In this document: positions 21,325 to 31,530 of the stretch, piece after piece
How the letters are laid out: each line of letters starts with the position of its first letter
Numbering within the stretch: position 1 is the first letter of the stretch
Virus record (IMG/VR): IMGVR_UViG_3300037067_009972
Reading direction: 5' to 3' (one strand)
DNA from: an uncultured virus (IMG/VR IMGVR_UViG_3300037067_009972)
Taxonomy: Duplodnaviria > Heunggongvirae > Uroviricota > Caudoviricetes
Length of the DNA: 64,000 bases
Position numbers and translations under genes: made by a program
The notes under the pieces: model-generated
Told to the model about the DNA's origin: nothing
What the model saw: the letters and a program-made list of their open reading frames with translations, nothing else
Databases searched by the model: none

Positions 21325-24138
21325 TTACCAATCTTTTTGTTTGTCCACATGTACTACTTGTAAAGCTTGTGAACCATTTCCGCCGTCTACTGCAACCATC
21401 CCTCGTTTTAAAACCGCTGTATTATCAATTAATTGTGTCATACCTGTAGCTATTGCATCTCCCATCATAGATTGCATGACTAATTGAGGATCGTTTATCA
21501 TGCCTGCGCTAATCCCCGCTTTTGCCCCCATTTCATACATTTGTGATCTTATTTTATCCAATTGGTTATTTGCAGTAGTTATGGGCGCCAATGCTTTTTC
21601 GGCTGCCGTTATTGCTCGATTTACTATTCCCGTTTGTTTCTGTTTATCACCAAAGTCTGCTTGTGACATCCATCCAGCCCCAAAAACATTTGTAAGAAAG
21701 ACCGCTGCTTTAGCTATACCGTATCCAAATCGATCTCCAGTTTCTAGGACAAAATTGCCAGCGGTACCTGCGAAGTCATATTGGCGCCAAGCTCTATCGC
21801 GCTGTATATTATGATAGTCAATGGATTTAAGTATTTCCGCGTCCCACCCAAGAACAGCCCCTTTCATTTCTCCCCGGCGCATGTCTTCTGCGCTTAATTC
21901 TTCTTCGGTCATGTCTCGATCTTTATTTAATCTGGAGTCAAAAATTTTACCTTCACGTGTTACTAAATCTGCTTCACCAATTTTACCTTCCTTAACTAAT
22001 TCTGCAAAGGTAGCTTTTGACATAACTCCAGAAACTCTTTTAGCAAAAGCTTTTTGTGCTTCTATTTCTTTTTTTACTTCTCCACGCATTTTTGGGCGAA
22101 GTCGTCTAATAAATTCGTTCGTAGTCTCAAGATCTATAGTAGAACCTGCTTTTTCTTTTATAAGGGCACGTGCGCCACTTTCTGAATAAGTACCTAAAAC
22201 ATTTACAACATCAGAATCAGTGCCTAAAATTTTAGCTAATTCACCGAACATTACATTTTCATATTTTGAAAGTTCATTTTTTCGGAAATCTGCTCTTAGT
22301 TCTTTTACCACTGTTACATCTTCTACTGTTTCTTTGTTTCCAACAAACTCACTTGTAACCCAATTTTCTAGTCCCTTGATCGCTTTTTTAATGCCAAGTC
22401 CTTCTCCAATCTCATTCATAGTACCAGATATACTGTTGGACAGGCGATCCATCCAAATACTTGCAGTTGTCGGGGCAAGATCCAAAGCAGTTTGTCGCGC
22501 TTCTCTACGTAATCTATTTACATCAACACGACCCCCGCCCATAGCGCCTTTATACAACATTTGAGCTTCGGTAGCCGACTTGCCATAGGCTGTTTGCAAA
22601 TAACCAATATAAGTATCTTCAGCAATAGGTATATTCAATAAACTCATTTCTTGTGCATATTGTAATCCACTCATAGCCTGTAATACAGCTGGATTGTATT
22701 TGCCAATTATTTTGGCTTGTATGCCTTGGAAACCTAACATACCGGCAACACCACCACTGCCCAAATAACCTACAGCGGCGCTAATTGCTTCGCCTGGATT
22801 CATTCCTAATGTTTTGTCTAAGCCGCCACCCATAGCAGATGCAGCTGCAAATTGTGTATATCCGGATAAACTACTAGCCCAATCATAACCTTGGCGCATT
22901 ACAGTCATAGCATAGTTTTCAGTTCCGCCGGCCTGTCTTATTTCTTCTGCAGAAATACCTCCGGTGCGCATTCCTTCTTTTGTACGCAATAATACATCCA
23001 TACCGCCTAAAAACGCGCCGGTCATGGATATGCCGGTTCCTCGGACCATCTCACTTGCTTGCTGTGCAAAAGTCAAAAATTCTTTTGGAGTGTATCCCGA
23101 AGAATAAGCCATGGTGGCAACCCCAACTGCTCTTGCAGTGGAATCCCCTCCAACACCCATTAGGGACATTTGTTTCATGTATTGTAGGGCATCTTCTTCA
23201 GTAAGCCGTAATACCTGCATTACTTTGCGATGATTTTCTATGACGTCTTTTGCCTTATTTCTGTATTCTTCTGCATTACGTACATTTTCAAAACCGCCTA
23301 TAGACGTAAATTCTTGCATCACACGTGTAACATCATCATTGGTTACACTATATCCCACTAATGCTTCACTGCGTGCAATCGGTGCAAGTGTTTCGCCTAT
23401 TCGTAAAGATTCTTCTCTGGTGAATCTACCTGCTAGTGATCTCCAAGAAGTATTAAAGGTTAAATCTCTTATTTTTCTAGCTTGTTCATAATCACGTAAA
23501 ACTGTTGTAGCTGCGGCATCATATGTTAAATCGCCTACAAATCCTCCCGCGGCAGCTCCAATAAAACCCCCGATGGGACCTCCGATAGCCGTGCCCGCAG
23601 CGCCGAAAAGAAGAGCACCTCCGGTATTTGCGACAAAATTAACGGATTGTCTTTCTATTTCATATCCTGCACGACGCTGATATTCACCGGGTGTCATAGG
23701 CATGGTCGGTTCATATCCAAGTCCAAGCCCAAGATTAGACCCCAATATACTTCTGAACATACCCATACCATATAAATCTGGGGTAGGGGTTCCTTGACTA
23801 GTTGTAAATAACGGTCTAGCGCCGCCAGTTAAAGCACTAGTCATTATATCATTATTAAATTTTTGAAAACCAAGTCTAGTAGAGGTAGCAAAAGAGGCCA
23901 TGTTAGAAAAACCCTGCTGCCCTGCTTGTATTGCTTCTTGTGCATTTATAGCTGCAAAATTGTTTGCGTTTGTCAGCGCCTGTTGTAATGGAAATGCAAA
24001 AGAAGCCGCCTGACGGTCCGGTATAGTGGTTGAAAAAGCTTGTGCACCTAACGCCTGGTCTATCTGAGAACGCACTTGTTGAAGTTGCGAGGCTAAATCA
24101 CTTGTGTCTAACTTTACTCGGTATTCTTGGTCTGTCAT
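21325..24138 (-). CDS. tail tape measure protein
   Basis: 937 aa, A/G-rich helical, GAAGTAIGGPIGGFIGAAAG segment; preceded by frameshifted chaperone pair. Confidence 0.7.
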   Translation of the reverse strand: MTDQEYRVKLDTSDLASQLQQVRSQIDQALGAQAFSTTIPDRQAASFAFPLQQALTNANNFAAINAQEAIQAGQQGFSNMASFATSTRLGFQKFNNDIMTSALTGGARPLFTTSQGTPTPDLYGMGMFRSILGSNLGLGLGYEPTMPMTPGEYQRRAGYEIERQSVNFVANTGGALLFGAAGTAIGGPIGGFIGAAAGGFVGDLTYDAAATTVLRDYEQARKIRDLTFNTSWRSLAGRFTREESLRIGETLAPIARSEALVGYSVTNDDVTRVMQEFTSIGGFENVRNAEEYRNKAKDVIENHRKVMQVLRLTEEDALQYMKQMSLMGVGGDSTARAVGVATMAYSSGYTPKEFLTFAQQASEMVRGTGISMTGAFLGGMDVLLRTKEGMRTGGISAEEIRQAGGTENYAMTVMRQGYDWASSLSGYTQFAAASAMGGGLDKTLGMNPGEAISAAVGYLGSGGVAGMLGFQGIQAKIIGKYNPAVLQAMSGLQYAQEMSLLNIPIAEDTYIGYLQTAYGKSATEAQMLYKGAMGGGRVDVNRLRREARQTALDLAPTTASIWMDRLSNSISGTMNEIGEGLGIKKAIKGLENWVTSEFVGNKETVEDVTVVKELRADFRKNELSKYENVMFGELAKILGTDSDVVNVLGTYSESGARALIKEKAGSTIDLETTNEFIRRLRPKMRGEVKKEIEAQKAFAKRVSGVMSKATFAELVKEGKIGEADLVTREGKIFDSRLNKDRDMTEEELSAEDMRRGEMKGAVLGWDAEILKSIDYHNIQRDRAWRQYDFAGTAGNFVLETGDRFGYGIAKAAVFLTNVFGAGWMSQADFGDKQKQTGIVNRAITAAEKALAPITTANNQLDKIRSQMYEMGAKAGISAGMINDPQLVMQSMMGDAIATGMTQLIDNTAVLKRGMVAVDGGNGSQALQVVHVDKQKDW

Positions 24139-24481
24139 TTACTTTTTTATAATTGGTAGGAAATTTTTTTGAGAGTTTACTTAACCTATCTGTTTTATCT
24201 TTAAATTCTTGATCAGGTAAAACAGTTTTAGTATAATTCTCTGGAAACATTAATTTATTTACTAATTCTTGTACATCATTTATTTTTTTTACATCAGACA
24301 TATCGTCTCGATTTAATATAGCTGCTTTTAACAGCAATTCGTTTTTTGCAAAATCCAATAATTCTTGTCTTTGCATTTCTTGAGTTAAAACACTTTCTCG
24401 AAGTGAGCCCCTGGGCCCCGGATCTATGCCTTTGAGGTAGAGTTGGATTCTTCTACGGTTCCCGGGGTCTGAGTAAAATTT
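24098..24481 (-). CDS. tail assembly chaperone GT extension, reached by -1 programmed frameshift
   Basis: -1 frame from A AAT TTT (24481-24475) reads FYSDPGNRRRIQLYLKGIDPGPRGSLRESVLTQEMQRQELLD, without a stop, into ORF 24098..24376. Confidence 0.75.
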   Translation of the reverse strand, partial: KFYSDPGNRRRIQLYLKGIDPGPRGSLRESVLTQEMQRQELLDFAKNELLLKAAILNRDDMSDVKKINDVQELVNKLMFPENYTKTVLPDQEFKDKTDRLSKLSKKFPTNYKKVNDRPRIPSKVRHK

Positions 24482-24867
24482 TGACTTACGATTTCCGGTG
24501 TTATAAGTTGTTTTAAGTCTTTTTCAAATTTTGTTTGAGCATTTATCATACCATCTATTATAACTGCCGGACGTTCCAATATGAATTTCTTTGCCTCATC
24601 AACTTTAGTAAAGTTTGTTATAACTCCCTTTATTTCCACACTTTTTAGAGCCTGTGCTAATAAGTATATAGCATAGGTATGTAACACATAAACGGACGAA
24701 CCCGCAATCGATCCCATATCATTTTCGGCCGCAAGTTGTGTAGTACCAGTTAATGAAACAAGTTCTATGGTAATTAAATCGTTTGCTATTTTAGTTTTCG
24801 TGGCAGTCTGACCTTTTATAACAAGATCTTCTAACCAGCTTTGCTGTTGTTCAGTCAATGGTGTCAT
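24424..24867 (-). CDS. tail assembly chaperone (G-like)
   Basis: First gene of tail operon with AAGGAG SD; slippery A AAT TTT near its 3' end. Confidence 0.7.
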   Translation of the reverse strand: MTPLTEQQQSWLEDLVIKGQTATKTKIANDLITIELVSLTGTTQLAAENDMGSIAGSSVYVLHTYAIYLLAQALKSVEIKGVITNFTKVDEAKKFILERPAVIIDGMINAQTKFEKDLKQLITPEIVSQNFTQTPGTVEESNSTSKA

Positions 24868-24888
24868 TTATATCTCCTTATGATAGTT

Positions 24889-24917
24889 ATTATACGGTTT
24901 TAAAAATACAAATGCAA
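24889..24917 (-). promoter_or_regulatory. promoter for tail operon TTGCAT-N17-TATAAT
   Basis: Consensus -10 and 17-nt spacer in the strand-switch intergenic region. Confidence 0.65.
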
Positions 24918-24994
24918 TACTATTATGGTATAAGAGTATTAAGATTTACTGCTTTTAACGTTATACTTATTTAATATTAAACAATGAAAATTTA

Positions 24995-26314
24995 ATGAAT
25001 GTAGAGCTTAGTGGAGAATTATGTATTTCTGGTTATACAGATGACGAAGCCAGACAAATAAAGACTAATTTAGTAGTAGAAAACCCTAATTGGGCAACTG
25101 CATTAAGTATGGGTAAAAGCGTTTGGGGTATAGACCCTAAAATACGTTTTTACAGAGAAGAATCTGGTAAAATATATGCTCCAGCTGGCTACCTTTCTAC
25201 GCTAACAGCTATAAATTCAAACGTAGTTATATTAGATAAACGTTATTTACATCCGACTTTATTAAAAATAGAATTTGTAGGAACGCTATATGATTACCAG
25301 CAGGTAGCTGTAGATGCAATGTCTAACGTTACTAATGGAGTTCTTTGCGCTATTACGGCTTCTGGTAAAACAGTGATAGCCTGTGCACTGATTGCAAAAC
25401 TAAAACAACCCACGTTGATATTAGTAGATACGATTGAACTCGCCAATCAATTTACGGCACGATTAAAACAGTTTACTACTATAAAAGAAGTGGGGCGTAT
25501 CGGTACAGGCAAGATGGATATTAAGCCTATTACTGTAGCTACGCTGCAAACTATTGTTCGTATGACTGATGTTGAACTAGCAAAATTTAAATTTGGAATA
25601 ACAATTGTCGATGAAACGCATATTGCACCGGCCACTACATATGCTGCGGCTATGCGACGTATAAACAGTACATATAAATATGGATTATCTGCAACTCCAG
25701 AACGAGCTGATGGTCTTACTAAAGTAATATTTTGGTTAACGGGTCCGTTGATGCATCAAGTTCCACAATCTGCCGTTGCGTCGAAAATTATTATACCTAC
25801 CTATGAATTTATTAAAACAAATTATACATATCCATTATTTGATACAGCTGAATATGGACAAATGATAACTGATTTAGGTAAAAACGACGAACGTAATAAA
25901 TTGATTGTAGAAACAGTTAATAAATATCCTACACAACAATGTGTACTTCTATGTCATAGACAAGAACACGTTGAGCGCCTAAGTAGCTCAATTCCAGGGT
26001 CAGTTATATTGCTATCCAAAACAAAAAAGAAAATACGCGCCGAAATAATAAAACAACTAGAGACCGGCCAAAAACGTATTGTTGTAACTACCTGGCAACT
26101 ATTTCATAAAGGTATTGATTTAGCTGAATTAGAGATATTGTTTATATGTGCTCCTACTAGAAGTAAAGTTTGGTTAAAACAAAGCGCTGGTAGGCTAATG
26201 CGTTTATCTAAAAAAATAAATAAAAAACCGGTTATCGTGGATTTTGCTGATACCCGAATCGATCTTTTAAAATATCAATTCTACGCAAGAAAGAGAGTGC
26301 TTACGCAATTATGA
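24995..26314 (+). CDS. superfamily 2 DExH helicase (UvsW/Rad25-like)
   Basis: Q motif LYDYQ, Walker A TASGKT, DETH, SAT, motif VI QSAGRLMR. Confidence 0.9.
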   Translation: MNVELSGELCISGYTDDEARQIKTNLVVENPNWATALSMGKSVWGIDPKIRFYREESGKIYAPAGYLSTLTAINSNVVILDKRYLHPTLLKIEFVGTLYDYQQVAVDAMSNVTNGVLCAITASGKTVIACALIAKLKQPTLILVDTIELANQFTARLKQFTTIKEVGRIGTGKMDIKPITVATLQTIVRMTDVELAKFKFGITIVDETHIAPATTYAAAMRRINSTYKYGLSATPERADGLTKVIFWLTGPLMHQVPQSAVASKIIIPTYEFIKTNYTYPLFDTAEYGQMITDLGKNDERNKLIVETVNKYPTQQCVLLCHRQEHVERLSSSIPGSVILLSKTKKKIRAEIIKQLETGQKRIVVTTWQLFHKGIDLAELEILFICAPTRSKVWLKQSAGRLMRLSKKINKKPVIVDFADTRIDLLKYQFYARKRVLTQL

Positions 26315-26491
26315 TTACCTCCGAATACAAAGCATCTTTTATCAAACGCAAAATAAGTTTAGAAATTGAAGATTCTAGCTGCATCCTTGTTGAGGTTATT
26401 TACTTTCTTGGAATTAAATTACGTACCCTGCAAAAAACATTTTCGACACTTTTAGATGCTGAGGATGCTTATGACAACTTATGTTTAATTT

Positions 26492-26950
26492 GTGAAAAGA
26501 ATGGGTATGATATTACCGATAAATAAATATAATGATTCAACACAATTAAAAATACTAAAAACTCCGTGTAGTCGAAATAATATAAACGACGCAATAACAT
26601 TTGCCGCGGATTTATTAGAAACAGCAAAATCTCATAGTAACTGTGCTGGATTGGCCAGTAATCAACTATGGGCAACAGCAGAGCAACCGGCACCACATGT
26701 ATTTGTAGCATACGTTAGAGGAGGGTGGAAAGTTTTTATACACGCCAATTCTCAACGTTCAGGTAAACGTATACCTTTTGAAGAAGGATGTATGTCGAAA
26801 CCTGGCTATACAAAAAAGATTATTCGGCGGGAAATACTTACAATTTCGTATTATGATATAAAAGGCGAATATAAAAAAGAGGTGTATAGAGGAATAGAAG
26901 CTATAGTTCTTCAACACGAACTTGACCATATGAATGGCACGCTTATTTAA
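26492..26950 (+). CDS. def: peptide deformylase
   Basis: Motifs GLASNQ, EGCMS, QHELDH. Confidence 0.9.
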   Translation: MKRMGMILPINKYNDSTQLKILKTPCSRNNINDAITFAADLLETAKSHSNCAGLASNQLWATAEQPAPHVFVAYVRGGWKVFIHANSQRSGKRIPFEEGCMSKPGYTKKIIRREILTISYYDIKGEYKKEVYRGIEAIVLQHELDHMNGTLI

Positions 26951-26972
26951 TATTTAATTTAGAAAGTTAATT

Positions 26973-27320
26973 ATGATTGAAAAGATCAGAAAGGCATTAA
27001 GTGCATATGATTTAATAGATGCTGAAGAAATAGCACAGGCCGTGGAAAAAGAATTAGACACTACTCCACATAATGACAATGAAACAATTCAGATGTTATT
27101 TACGCCTAGAGCAAGATTACTATTTAATCAAGTTGCACAAAAATTGCATGAAGAAAAGAGCGATCTTTCGGAAATAAAAACTGTGTTTTATAAAATACAA
27201 GAACTAAGTAAAAACGTACCTAATGGTATCATGTTTTTAAGTTTAGCGGAAGCTACTACTTCGGTCTTAGTTGGTATGTTAGAACAAGCCGATAGATTAC
27301 AAAAAGAAACGGAAGCATAA
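26973..27320 (+). CDS. hypothetical protein
   Basis: 115-aa ORF within co-directional gene run. Confidence 0.55.
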   Translation: MIEKIRKALSAYDLIDAEEIAQAVEKELDTTPHNDNETIQMLFTPRARLLFNQVAQKLHEEKSDLSEIKTVFYKIQELSKNVPNGIMFLSLAEATTSVLVGMLEQADRLQKETEA

Positions 27321-27579
27321 TAAAAGTTAAAAACAATGCGGTTCGAAAATTCAATAGGTAGCGAAACAACGTTTTATTATGAAGTCGGCGGCAAACAGGA
27401 AAATAAACTGTTTGTCGTCCGATTTAGTATGGGTTCAGTGATTAATAATAAAGATGATTTTCAAATTCATAGTGAATTAAAGTCATATAAAACATATAAA
27501 GAAATGCAAGACGAACTTGACAAATTAAAACAATATTGCTTGCAACAGGGACATAAACAAGTAAAGGCAACAAAAAGAA

Positions 27580-27852
27580 ATGTCATTACCTAACACTGAT
27601 TTTACTCCCCCCAATTATCGTGTAGCACGTATTTGTAAAAACTGTACTTATTATTCTCCCACAGGTTCTGGTATAAGAGGTAGATATGTAGGAATATGTA
27701 AATTACAAAAAGTAGCAGATCCAACAGCAACTGTAAGACCATCACATGGCACTTGTACTTGTGATGCACACATTTTTAAACATCATAATAAAACTATAAA
27801 CAGACTACACAATGATTACAATGCGGCCATTCCCGACGATAGAGAAATCTAG
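27580..27852 (+). CDS. small Cys-rich protein
   Basis: CxxC...C...CxC pattern. Confidence 0.5.
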   Translation: MSLPNTDFTPPNYRVARICKNCTYYSPTGSGIRGRYVGICKLQKVADPTATVRPSHGTCTCDAHIFKHHNKTINRLHNDYNAAIPDDREI

Positions 27853-28239
27853 TTGTCTTGGCTTTGAATTTATAACTAAGAAATCTAAGTCCTTTTGGTG
27901 CGATAACCAAAGTACAATCGCTAATCAAATACATGAGCATATACATTACTTTGCGCAAGGCGTGGTGCACTTAGATAGATTTTGGTTATTACTAAATCAT
28001 CGAAATGATTTTGATGATTTATTAAAAATTACAACAAAAGTAAGTTCAGATCTTGGGTACATATTTTTATCAAGAATACGTATGAACATGTACATACACG
28101 AGACTGAATACATAGAGTTTATTCAGACAATTATTGAGCACAATGCAAAGGTTCTTTTTGCTACGGTTTATAGGCAACCAGATTTGTTTACCGGGCAACC
28201 TACTTTAGAAATGATGCGCGAAGACTTGCGAACTGGTTT

Positions 28240-29307
28240 ATGGATAACCTAACATTATATGCAATTGAGAAACTCGGTGCCAAGGTGTATTTCTTTGGTG
28301 AATGTGTCTGGGCGACAATATTAAAAATAAAAACTACACACTATAAAGTAGCTATCGTTGGCGGGGCGAGAGATAAAATTACCCCTCTACTCGATAATTA
28401 TGAAGTGCGGCCGGTAAAATTAACATTGCAAGTAAAAGACGGAGATGTACTTTATGAATTTTATTTCCCCAAAGATGTGGACAGTATACCGCTCGATCCT
28501 ATACCGCTTAACAATGCAATACTGAGTCTAGACGGAAAAGTATATAGAGCTGAAGATCTGCAAAATAAGACTATCCGTGCAGATATCTCCGTTTTTCTAG
28601 ATTACCCAGAAGAGTTATTACGAATATGTCGTATTGCGGCGCAAACAAAATTTACAGTAGATGTAACAACGTGGATTGCGATGTTAGCCCATTCAAGACT
28701 TATAAAAAATGTAATAAAATTTAATTCTAAATATATAGGACAACAACTTCATTTAATATTAATGTCGAGTTCTCCAAAAACAGGTTTTAATCTAATGCTG
28801 GAAACTGGATTGCTTAATTATATATTTCCAGAATTGGCCCAATGTAACAATATAAGTCAAACTCGCCGAGGGCTAGACACCAACGTATTTAAACATATAT
28901 TATTGGCTCTAGAAGCCGCAGAGTTAAATGAACTTATTAGGTGGACAATGTTATTTCATGATATGGCCAAACCAGCTGCATTGGAAATAACGACCGAGGG
29001 TAAAATGCATTTTTTTAAACACGAACAGCTCGGTGCCAAATTAGCAAACGACTATATGACCAAATACGGATTATCTAAAAGTTTAATAGACAAAGTAAAA
29101 CTACTAATAGAAAATCACATGTTTGACGCTGATCCTAAGTTAACTCCGAAGGGGGTTCGACGCTTAATCAAACGAGTTGGCGTGGAGCATATATTTGATC
29201 TCATTAAAGTACGTGAAGCCGATCGACAAGGTTCTCCGGTACCACCTTCTAACAGCAAAATCGAATTATTAAAATCGAAAATAGAAAAAGAGCTAGCCAA
29301 TGTTTAG
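28240..29307 (+). CDS. CCA-adding-enzyme-like protein with degenerate nucleotidyltransferase head and intact HD domain
   Basis: Body motifs LLNYIFPEL, VFKHILLAL, LFHDMAKP, HEQLGA, IENHM, ADRQG; head motif A reads FFGECVWATIL with no DxD. Confidence 0.75.
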   Translation: MDNLTLYAIEKLGAKVYFFGECVWATILKIKTTHYKVAIVGGARDKITPLLDNYEVRPVKLTLQVKDGDVLYEFYFPKDVDSIPLDPIPLNNAILSLDGKVYRAEDLQNKTIRADISVFLDYPEELLRICRIAAQTKFTVDVTTWIAMLAHSRLIKNVIKFNSKYIGQQLHLILMSSSPKTGFNLMLETGLLNYIFPELAQCNNISQTRRGLDTNVFKHILLALEAAELNELIRWTMLFHDMAKPAALEITTEGKMHFFKHEQLGAKLANDYMTKYGLSKSLIDKVKLLIENHMFDADPKLTPKGVRRLIKRVGVEHIFDLIKVREADRQGSPVPPSNSKIELLKSKIEKELANV

Positions 29308-29722
29308 CGTAGGTGATGCAATACTAATTATAGCCTTTGTATTCATATTGACAATGTGTGATAGATACAGACGAAGGTATATTACAATTCTTAGTCAAAA
29401 GAAGTCGTCAGAAGTGCGTTTAGGGCAAATAGCCGAACATTTAGTACCTGTTCTAAGGTATTTTAAATATGACCCCAAAAAAGCACATTTTCTAGGAATG
29501 CCGGTAGATTATATAATCTTTGAAAACGACAAAATTGTCTTTTTAGAAGTTAAAACAGGCAGATCTAGTTTGAGCAGAACACAGCGTGATATAAAGAAGT
29601 TAATAACAGAAGGTAAAGTTGTGTGGGAAGAAATACGGCTTACTCCTGAGGTAGTAACACTGGAAGACCGAGAAAATACTATTAAAACTTTACAAAAGTC
29701 AGGCCTAGAATTAAAAGTTTAA
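29300..29722 (+). CDS. Holliday junction resolvase-like PD-(D/E)xK endonuclease
   Basis: GQIAEHLVP...FLGMPVDYIIF...IVFLEVKTG, with N-terminal hydrophobic anchor. Confidence 0.8.
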   Translation: MFSVGDAILIIAFVFILTMCDRYRRRYITILSQKKSSEVRLGQIAEHLVPVLRYFKYDPKKAHFLGMPVDYIIFENDKIVFLEVKTGRSSLSRTQRDIKKLITEGKVVWEEIRLTPEVVTLEDRENTIKTLQKSGLELKV

Positions 29723-29723
29723 T

Positions 29724-29752
29724 TTGCTTTTTACGAAGTAACTTCGTATCAT
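29724..29752 (+). promoter_or_regulatory. promoter TTGCTT-N17-TATCAT containing palindrome TACGAAGT-A-ACTTCGTA
   Basis: Direct reading; ATG of next ORF lies 5 nt after the -10. Confidence 0.55.
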
Positions 29753-29757
29753 TAAGC

Positions 29758-30075
29758 ATGATAGACTTTAACCAATATATTGGCAAACCTATCGTATTAG
29801 TAACGAATTATCATAATACGGCGTCAGATTTATACAGTTCTATAGACGTATCTGCGGGTATATACTTGTATAATATAGATAAGAGATATGTTTGTACTCG
29901 AGCATTAGAAGCCGAAGATCTCAAAGACGAAGATTATGTACAATGGTTAAATACGATGTGGCCCACTGAAACTACACTAATCACTTTTTTAAAAAAGTTG
30001 TCACATGGAAAAAAAGAAACGAACCTTAACACAAAACGTAACAAATATAGCAGCATGCCCAAACACCAACCATAA
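29758..30075 (+). CDS. hypothetical protein
   Basis: 105-aa ORF, possibly leaderless. Confidence 0.5.
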   Translation: MIDFNQYIGKPIVLVTNYHNTASDLYSSIDVSAGIYLYNIDKRYVCTRALEAEDLKDEDYVQWLNTMWPTETTLITFLKKLSHGKKETNLNTKRNKYSSMPKHQP

Positions 30076-30442
30076 ACGCAAATACCGTAATAGACTTATC
30101 GAAACCAAATGCATTAAGGTGCAAACTATTAACCACGAATCAGCCGCAAACAAGAAATTTGACCATCTTGGTTTTGTGCTTAAGTTAACTGATTCTACGG
30201 GTAATTTACAATATTATACATTATCTAATAAAGAATTTGCTTATACAACAGATGGACGTCCTTCTTATATGTTCTTAGTAATAGGCCAACGTACTAGCAT
30301 ATTAGATGAGATAAAAAGTTTTGGAAATACCCCTTCTCGCGTAGTACAACGTATGGGTAATACAGGTATGAATGCTGGTCAAATAGGGCAATGTCGTCGA
30401 TGGCATTGCAAAAACTGGCGCGTAAAAGGTTCTACAATTTAA
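30005..30442 (+). CDS. hypothetical protein
   Basis: 145-aa basic ORF. Confidence 0.5.
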   Translation: MEKKKRTLTQNVTNIAACPNTNHKRKYRNRLIETKCIKVQTINHESAANKKFDHLGFVLKLTDSTGNLQYYTLSNKEFAYTTDGRPSYMFLVIGQRTSILDEIKSFGNTPSRVVQRMGNTGMNAGQIGQCRRWHCKNWRVKGSTI

Positions 30443-30454
30443 TAGGATTATGTA

Positions 30455-31204
30455 ATGATTATATTACCGGTGGGTTCCTCGTCTTCGGGGAATTGCACCT
30501 TTATTTATAATGCAGATACCTACATTTTAATAGACTGCGGTATATCTGCAAAAAGAGTGTTTGAGGGAACAGGGCGAAAAGACTTTAATGCCTTATTTAT
30601 TTCTCACGAACATGGAGACCATATAACTGGAGCGGGCCCGCTGGGCAGAAAGACAAAAACTCCGTTATACGTTCATGAATCTGTATTTAAAAGTAAAGAG
30701 GAGGATCTCAAAAAGTGCGAGATTAAGTTTATAGATGAAACCTCGGTAATAAGCATAGGATCATTTATTATTAAACCCTTCTCGACTAAACATGATGCAA
30801 ACCATGCTCTTGGTTTTATAATAGAAGAGCCTGCGAGTAACATATCTTTATGTTATCTCACAGACACAGGAAGTATCAGTAAGACAATGAGAGAAAGAAC
30901 CAAAGATTGTAACGCATTTTTTATTGAATGTGATTACGACGATGAGTTAATGGAACAATATCAGGAGTACGACGATTTATTAAAAGCTCGTATTCGTTCA
31001 AACTTTGGACATTTAAGTAACACGCAAGCCCTTGACTTTTTAAGCGAGCTTGATTTAACAAAAATAAAAAAAGTAGTAATAGGTCACATAAGCCCTAGAA
31101 CAAATTCGCCAGAAAAAATCAAAGAACGGATTCAAGAAAAATTGGCCAGTTACGCCGATAAATTTCTAATTGCTCCGTTTCTAACTCCTCTAGAGCTTAA
31201 ATGA
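30455..31204 (+). CDS. MBL-fold metallo-hydrolase (YycJ/WalJ-like nuclease)
   Basis: SSSSGNC, IDCG, SHEHGDH, HD, TDTG, GHLSN, HIS motifs. Confidence 0.88.
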   Translation: MIILPVGSSSSGNCTFIYNADTYILIDCGISAKRVFEGTGRKDFNALFISHEHGDHITGAGPLGRKTKTPLYVHESVFKSKEEDLKKCEIKFIDETSVISIGSFIIKPFSTKHDANHALGFIIEEPASNISLCYLTDTGSISKTMRERTKDCNAFFIECDYDDELMEQYQEYDDLLKARIRSNFGHLSNTQALDFLSELDLTKIKKVVIGHISPRTNSPEKIKERIQEKLASYADKFLIAPFLTPLELK

Positions 31205-31530
31205 TTTATAGAACATTTTTCAAATCAATTTATGAGCTTTGCCCGATTGAAGAAGATTATAAAAAGTTGAATGGCAAAAAAGTGGGTAGAATTTTCGAAT
31301 ATACTGCGGCATCAAATTCTATTATTATACATTTGGGAGCAACTTTTCTTCATATAGCCGTTGGTAAAGACGTTGAAATTGAAACATTGAAAAACTTAGT
31401 AAGTGTAGCACTCAAGCATAAAAAACCGGTAAAATTGGAATTCTGTGAAAGTTTAGGTAACCTTCAACTTGTAGATCAAGTTGTACTGCAGATAAATACC
31501 TATTTAGGGTTTAAGGATATATTAATCTGA
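31201..31530 (+). CDS. hypothetical protein
   Basis: 109-aa ORF within co-directional gene run. Confidence 0.5.
   Translation: MIYRTFFKSIYELCPIEEDYKKLNGKKVGRIFEYTAASNSIIIHLGATFLHIAVGKDVEIETLKNLVSVALKHKKPVKLEFCESLGNLQLVDQVVLQINTYLGFKDILI

Noticed and set aside
2635..23491. Many plus-strand ORFs of 60-170 aa opposite the structural genes
   Set aside because: Antisense shadows of long minus-strand genes, with no SD or recognisable motifs
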